A stretch of 32,000 nt of DNA from Cuniculiplasma divulgatum (GTDB taxonomy: Archaea > Thermoplasmatota > Thermoplasmata > Thermoplasmatales > Thermoplasmataceae). The position numbers and the translations under genes are program-made. Below are positions 26,891-32,000 of the stretch, piece after piece. The stretch spans positions 960,001 through 992,000 of the forward strand of contig NZ_LT671858.1 in assembly GCF_900083515.1 (NCBI RefSeq), read 5' to 3'. The notes below the pieces were generated by a model that was not told the origin of the DNA, did no database searches, and saw only the letters and a program-made list of their open reading frames with translations. Positions within the stretch are counted from its first letter, which is position 1. Each line of letters opens with the position of its first letter.

Positions 26891-29800
26891 ATGTCAATGG
26901 GAATATCAAAGAAGCAGGTTTTATCAATCATTGTCATGTTATTTATGGTTCTTTCATCACTTTCAGCAATACCAAATAGTCATGTTAATGAACAGAATAA
27001 TGACATAACCAATCAAATTTTAAAGAGTCCTTCTGGAATCAATAATCAATTCCAGGTAAACCAGAATATTCATTCCGCATTATTCGGATTTAATTCTAGT
27101 TCCTATGGCAGTTCAAAGTATTATGATCAGAGTCCAGAGATTGCCACAACAGATATTCAGATAAATTCCATTATTTATCATAAGGGTGAATATGTTTTAG
27201 GCGGAGAAAATACAACACAGTCGCCTCTTCTCATGATATACAATAGTTCCCACAAAAAAATGAGTATACTCTCATCAAAGGTGAGCAGCTCAATCAGATA
27301 CATTGATACAATGGCATCCGAAGGTGATCTTGTGGCATTCGGCGGCATGCCCTCAGGTTCCGATGGTCAGATCTTCCCAGTGGAGATCATGAATCTATCC
27401 TCTAATGAGATTACATCTTTATCAACAGCATATCCATATTTCTCCTCTGTTCCAAACATATATGCCATGTCATTCAGTGGAAAGGATCTTTTCATGGGTG
27501 GTTACTATCAGGAGGCTGCCCAGGATGGATACCTTACAGAATACAACCTTTCATCTGGAAAGATAACAAATCTTACGTCTCAAATGCTACAGGGAACCAC
27601 AATGATCAATGTTGTCCAATCTTACCATGACACACTATACGTTTCAGGAAATGCCATGAATCCAGCATCCTTTGTTCAGATATTCAACCTGACAACCATA
27701 TCCTCAAATGAATATTCTCTTCCCAGTTCCGTTTACGGCATAACATCCGGATATATTTTCAATGATTCCCTCTTCCTTGGAGGTGGAAATCATCTTGGAG
27801 GTGCCCTATACGAAATTTCAAAAACTGGAGTATTGACAAATTACAGTTCACCCTTTACACATTTTGCCCAGATAGACGCCATAGGTATGATGAATAGAAA
27901 ACTCCTGATCGGCGGATGGGGATTGAACTCATCCTTCGCATCACTTCTTAATCTGAATACTGACATCATAATAAGAAATATTACCCCAGGTGGAGGATTC
28001 AGGACCATGGGATCGAATATACTTTCATTTGCATCCAATTCCACCGCAGTCCTCATTGGTGGTACTGTTTCCTCACAGTTCACAAACTACTCAGGCGCAC
28101 TTCTGGCTTCTGTTACGAATAATTATACATATACAGATTTGTGCGGTGATCTGCAGAAATCATACACCGAGTATAACTACAACAATCCATTAAATGAACA
28201 GTTCTATGTGTTTGCAGAAAAGAACATTCTGCTGCCTGGATCAAATCTGACAATTATAGGCCATGATCTGAAGGCAAATGCACAGTATGATCTAAGTTTT
28301 CTCAGAGTAAATGAGACTGTTAGAACCAATTCAAACGGCATGTTTTCAATGACATATTCATTGAATAAGACGCAGAAGCCCGGAGATTATCTCATAACGT
28401 TGCAGAACTCCTCAAATAGATACTACAACTATTTTGCCATAGCATGCAAATTTGACAGAATGATACATGGTGCCCAGTATCCGGAGGCATCAAAATACAT
28501 ACCCTATTCAAATTTAAAATACGGTTCCGTTGTGATGGATGGGAACTATCTGGAATTCTTCAGGATTGCCAATGGTACATTTCCCTATACATCGCTGGAT
28601 TATGAGGTTGAGTGGAACCAGATACTCTTCGAGAATCTCACTTCAATAGGATGGACGGTTGCACCACTCAATCAGCTGGATTATGCATCCCAGTATTCCA
28701 TAAATCCACTGAATGATCAGTACAGCCCATGGACAGATTACGGCATATCAAAAGTAACACAGTCGGCACAGTTCACCAACTTTAACACGCAGAATTCATA
28801 CTTCTACCTTTCCGGTGATACCATGATAACATGGATACCATTCAGTGATGTAAACGAATCAAAATTCTACTGGTCTCTGGACACGGATTATGTTCAAAAC
28901 AGCCCAGTTTACAATCCTGCATACAGGGTTGAAATAGGACAGGATGGCATATCACTGTTCAATTCCACAGTTGCACCAACTGCTGTTAACCAAAGTACCA
29001 TAGCAAATGTTCACTTCTTCCAGAAGGGTTTGCCATCGGGACAGGAGTGGAGTATAAAGATTATCAGCACCGGAGCAAATGGAAGTAACCTCCTCAATAC
29101 AATCTGCGGCACCGGAAGGGAGATATCTTTTTCCCTTAACAACGGAACATACAAATATGTAATATCCTCGCAGAATGCATTATATACCACATCCAACGCA
29201 ACCGGCATAATACATGTAAATGGATATGTGAAGAAAAGTGCCACGTTCATAATATCACCGGAATCAACCTATTACCAGGTATACATGCCTGTGAACGGTA
29301 CAGATGAGAGAACATTTACCCTAGATTCAACAGATTCAAAAGAAGCTATAAGCTTTGGTGTGATGAATTCCACATTAAATGTTAAAATATATCTTGGTAC
29401 AGAGATGCTGTATCATGGAAATATAACGGGAACACCATACACACTCGTATCCATGGGAAGAACCGGCTCATATGGTTTTGTCAATTTCATTGGAAACGGA
29501 AATAAGATGACAATCTATGCAAACAATTCCCATAGCCAGAGAGGATACATTGCATTCAGTCTCTGGAATTACTATATTGACAGTTATACTGCATCCATGA
29601 TCACTGTTCCACCACAGTTCAGCGAAAACCTCAATGGAAACAACTTTTTAGGACAGTATAACAATACAGGATTATCATTCACGCTGAAGGCACCCTATTA
29701 TAGATATCCTGTTGCTCTGGCATTCTGGATTGGCGAAGGATACAGCAATCCCGTAACGGGGAAGAACTGGTGGGCCCAGATAGGTTTCAACAACTGGCTA

Positions 29801-31690
29801 TATGGAATGAATGATGTTTCATATGCAGGCTGGGGGGCATTTTCCAACATTTTCGGATCACCAGGCGGCACAGATGGCAATTATCCAATGGTACCCAATG
29901 AAACATACACCATAACCATGGAACTTGTGAAGAATACAACATGGGGTTTCTTCATAAACGGGCATCCCATAATTGAACCGGGTCTTGACGGATATTTGAA
30001 TACAACAAGCAAATATGCCAATGGAGGCGTCACCATGGGATTCGAGGTTCTAACAGAGGCAAGATCAGGTTATGAAAACACAACATCCCTGTTGCCAGAT
30101 CCTGTAAAGGCCATCACTGCCCAGAGTGTAAGAATTAACGGCAGATGGATCCAGGTATCAAATTTCTCGTTCAACAATATTGGAGAGGACTGGTTTAATG
30201 ATGGCGCGACGAGTTCTCCAGGAATGAATCTATGGTCCACTGAAGGACATCTTCAGAATTCAACCATAAGCAACGGCACACTCATATTCAGCAATACAGG
30301 TAAACAGATGTTCGACATTCCTGTTACGCAGCAGTATACGGTGGCATATCCACTCTACGGGAAATACACATATCCCTATGAAAATATGAATCTTTCACTG
30401 AATTACGCAGATGCGAAGTTGCTGTCCAATGATTCCATATATCTTAAAATAAACAATAATAACACACTTGTGAGCATCATATCTCTGGACAGTTCAGGCA
30501 CGCTTCTTGGCTTCAGGAACCTTGTTTTGAATAATGGAACATATTACATACCAAACAGACTGCCCGATGGAAGGATTGCAGTTATAACAACGCTGAAGAG
30601 CAATGCGAAATCTCTTTCCTACGATAACAGGATCGAGGAGATGGAATTAAGATCATTAAAAAGTTTCACATACAGTATATCTTTTATGGAAACGGACCTG
30701 CCATCACATTTGGGATGGTATGTCAATCTGAGTAATGGATTCTATTCCGGTCAAATATCATCATCCAGCTATACCTTTGCATTACCAAATGGAACTTACA
30801 ACTTTACTGTTGCATCCAGCATTAAATCCTTCATTCCTGATCCTGCCCATGGAACTATCACCGTAGATGAGAAATCCTTTACTGTAACAGTCAATTTCAC
30901 GCTCAATGGTTACAATCTAACGTTCAAAGAGAATGGCCTTCCGGACAATTATATATGGTATGTTGATCTAGCAGACGGGTACAGTTCAGGTTCTATCCAT
31001 AATGATTCATACACCTTCCATCTGATAAATGGAACTTATGACTACAATATTAGTGATAATAATGCAGCGTACAGGCCAAATATAACAATAGGTTCAGTAA
31101 GTATTAATGGCAAATCAAAAAAAGTGGATATTACAATTAGCGAAACCAGATTTTCAATTTACTTCGTTTCCTATGGATTGCCTGCAGGCACTGGATGGAA
31201 TATTAGCCTCAACGGAATAATTGAGCATTCAGATAATAGAACCATAACGTTCAGTGAATTTCCAGGCATATATAATTACACTGTATTCAATCTTTCATCC
31301 TATTATGCACTTCCCTACTCAGGATTTGTGGATCTTGTAAACAGTAATATATCTGTGACTGTTTCATACTTTTCCTACGCGTATCTTGCAATTGGCGTTA
31401 CTCCTACCGAATTTACACTAATGTTCAACGGAAAGAAGATGGATGGAAATTCATCCATTTCCATTAGGCTTGTAAGTGGCAATTATACCATATCCATAAT
31501 GTCCAGTGGCTATGTGACACAGAACATGACCCTATTTATCAGATCAGGCAGCAACGTTGAAATAATAGTCAATCTTCAGAAAGTACACAGCAGTTCATCT
31601 GTTTCACAGTTAGGCATATATGCAATTATGGTTGGTGCAGGTGCACTAGTTGGAATTTTATGGGGAGCATTGGTTTTCAGGAAGAAATGA
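26891..31690 (+). CDS. Giant membrane-anchored surface glycoprotein (1599 aa), S-layer/thermopsin-like architecture
   Basis: N-terminal signal sequence 'KKQVLSIIVMLFMVLSSLSAIP'. About seven kelch-like blades with an 'xLxxGG' pattern lie at about 27170-28130. Four 'GLPxGxxW...NGTYxY' modules lie at 29009-29260 and 30665-31380. A PEGA-like domain lies at about 31380-31590. A Ser-rich linker and a C-terminal TM segment with a basic tail follow ('LGIYAIMVGAGALVGILWGALVFRKK'). My manual count of N-x-S/T sequons is about 55-60. Confidence 0.85.
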   Translation: MSMGISKKQVLSIIVMLFMVLSSLSAIPNSHVNEQNNDITNQILKSPSGINNQFQVNQNIHSALFGFNSSSYGSSKYYDQSPEIATTDIQINSIIYHKGEYVLGGENTTQSPLLMIYNSSHKKMSILSSKVSSSIRYIDTMASEGDLVAFGGMPSGSDGQIFPVEIMNLSSNEITSLSTAYPYFSSVPNIYAMSFSGKDLFMGGYYQEAAQDGYLTEYNLSSGKITNLTSQMLQGTTMINVVQSYHDTLYVSGNAMNPASFVQIFNLTTISSNEYSLPSSVYGITSGYIFNDSLFLGGGNHLGGALYEISKTGVLTNYSSPFTHFAQIDAIGMMNRKLLIGGWGLNSSFASLLNLNTDIIIRNITPGGGFRTMGSNILSFASNSTAVLIGGTVSSQFTNYSGALLASVTNNYTYTDLCGDLQKSYTEYNYNNPLNEQFYVFAEKNILLPGSNLTIIGHDLKANAQYDLSFLRVNETVRTNSNGMFSMTYSLNKTQKPGDYLITLQNSSNRYYNYFAIACKFDRMIHGAQYPEASKYIPYSNLKYGSVVMDGNYLEFFRIANGTFPYTSLDYEVEWNQILFENLTSIGWTVAPLNQLDYASQYSINPLNDQYSPWTDYGISKVTQSAQFTNFNTQNSYFYLSGDTMITWIPFSDVNESKFYWSLDTDYVQNSPVYNPAYRVEIGQDGISLFNSTVAPTAVNQSTIANVHFFQKGLPSGQEWSIKIISTGANGSNLLNTICGTGREISFSLNNGTYKYVISSQNALYTTSNATGIIHVNGYVKKSATFIISPESTYYQVYMPVNGTDERTFTLDSTDSKEAISFGVMNSTLNVKIYLGTEMLYHGNITGTPYTLVSMGRTGSYGFVNFIGNGNKMTIYANNSHSQRGYIAFSLWNYYIDSYTASMITVPPQFSENLNGNNFLGQYNNTGLSFTLKAPYYRYPVALAFWIGEGYSNPVTGKNWWAQIGFNNWLYGMNDVSYAGWGAFSNIFGSPGGTDGNYPMVPNETYTITMELVKNTTWGFFINGHPIIEPGLDGYLNTTSKYANGGVTMGFEVLTEARSGYENTTSLLPDPVKAITAQSVRINGRWIQVSNFSFNNIGEDWFNDGATSSPGMNLWSTEGHLQNSTISNGTLIFSNTGKQMFDIPVTQQYTVAYPLYGKYTYPYENMNLSLNYADAKLLSNDSIYLKINNNNTLVSIISLDSSGTLLGFRNLVLNNGTYYIPNRLPDGRIAVITTLKSNAKSLSYDNRIEEMELRSLKSFTYSISFMETDLPSHLGWYVNLSNGFYSGQISSSSYTFALPNGTYNFTVASSIKSFIPDPAHGTITVDEKSFTVTVNFTLNGYNLTFKENGLPDNYIWYVDLADGYSSGSIHNDSYTFHLINGTYDYNISDNNAAYRPNITIGSVSINGKSKKVDITISETRFSIYFVSYGLPAGTGWNISLNGIIEHSDNRTITFSEFPGIYNYTVFNLSSYYALPYSGFVDLVNSNISVTVSYFSYAYLAIGVTPTEFTLMFNGKKMDGNSSISIRLVSGNYTISIMSSGYVTQNMTLFIRSGSNVEIIVNLQKVHSSSSVSQLGIYAIMVGAGALVGILWGALVFRKK

Positions 31691-31697
31691 GGTAACT

Positions 31698-31752
31698 TTA
31701 ATTTTTTGAAAATTAAACATTTATTGCCTAAATTATCCTCGCAGAGGATAAT
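31698..31752 (+). terminator. Two hairpins plus a T-run downstream of the surface-protein gene
   Basis: 'TTAATTTTttgAAAATTAA' (31698-31716, 8-bp stem containing a T-tract) and 'ATTATCCTCgcaGAGGATAAT' (31732-31752, perfect 9-bp stem) start 8 nt after the stop codon. Confidence 0.35.
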
Positions 31753-32000
31753 ATGTAAGGGAAATCATCCTGTGAGAGGACAATTTCAATTTTAGACCCG
31801 TAAATCTTTATCTATTATCAAAGAATGATTGAGAATCTAAAAATTCAACTATTCAGGTATAACTTCTGTCTCTTTAAGATTCCTTACTCAGTTAAAGCTT
31901 ACCAATCTGTAAGAAAGAAATCTGTGTCAAAGCCTTCAGAAAATTTTACATGAAGCGGAATCAGTGCTACTATGTATATTATAAAAATTGGAGCCAGATA

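Overview
This is an AT-rich prokaryotic window. It is most likely archaeal and Thermoplasmata-like, but that is inference from three things: TATA-like boxes about 25-30 nt upstream of several ATGs, thermopsin-type 'GLPxGxxW' surface-protein repeats, and the IS families present. The window reads as a surface-glycosylation accessory island that is partly decaying.

Main content:
- 0.1-3.4 kb: a sugar-nucleotide block (gmhA, an hddA-type GHMP kinase and a GT4 glycosyltransferase, with gmhB divergent).
- 16-22.7 kb: a very AT-rich glycosyltransferase block (a GT-C-like membrane protein fused to a PKD domain, then GT4, GT2 and a GT-B enzyme).
- Two FkbM-type methyltransferases. One carries an in-frame TAA.
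- A Glyco_tranf_2_4-like GT-A protein and an orphan GT2 fragment.
- A MetE-family methionine synthase, plus a decayed fragment of a metE paralog.
- 26891-31690: a 1599-aa surface protein that is signal-anchored and extremely rich in N-glycosylation sequons.

Between the two glycosylation blocks lies an IS graveyard of four decayed elements: an ISL3 remnant, two IS256-family copies with recognisable inverted repeats, and a frameshifted IS5/IS4-type element. The same stretch holds two orphan co-directional gene sets, each headed by a small helix-turn-helix (HTH) protein.

The most unusual sequence-level signal is recurrent. Long reading frames are interrupted by single in-frame stop codons at 3656-4774, 7335-8457, 12441-13859 and 25475-26398. 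The 12441-13859 case includes a start-less stretch of 98 open codons.

I saw no rRNA, tRNA or CRISPR. All homology calls come from motifs recognised by eye, and GC statements come from hand-counted lines.
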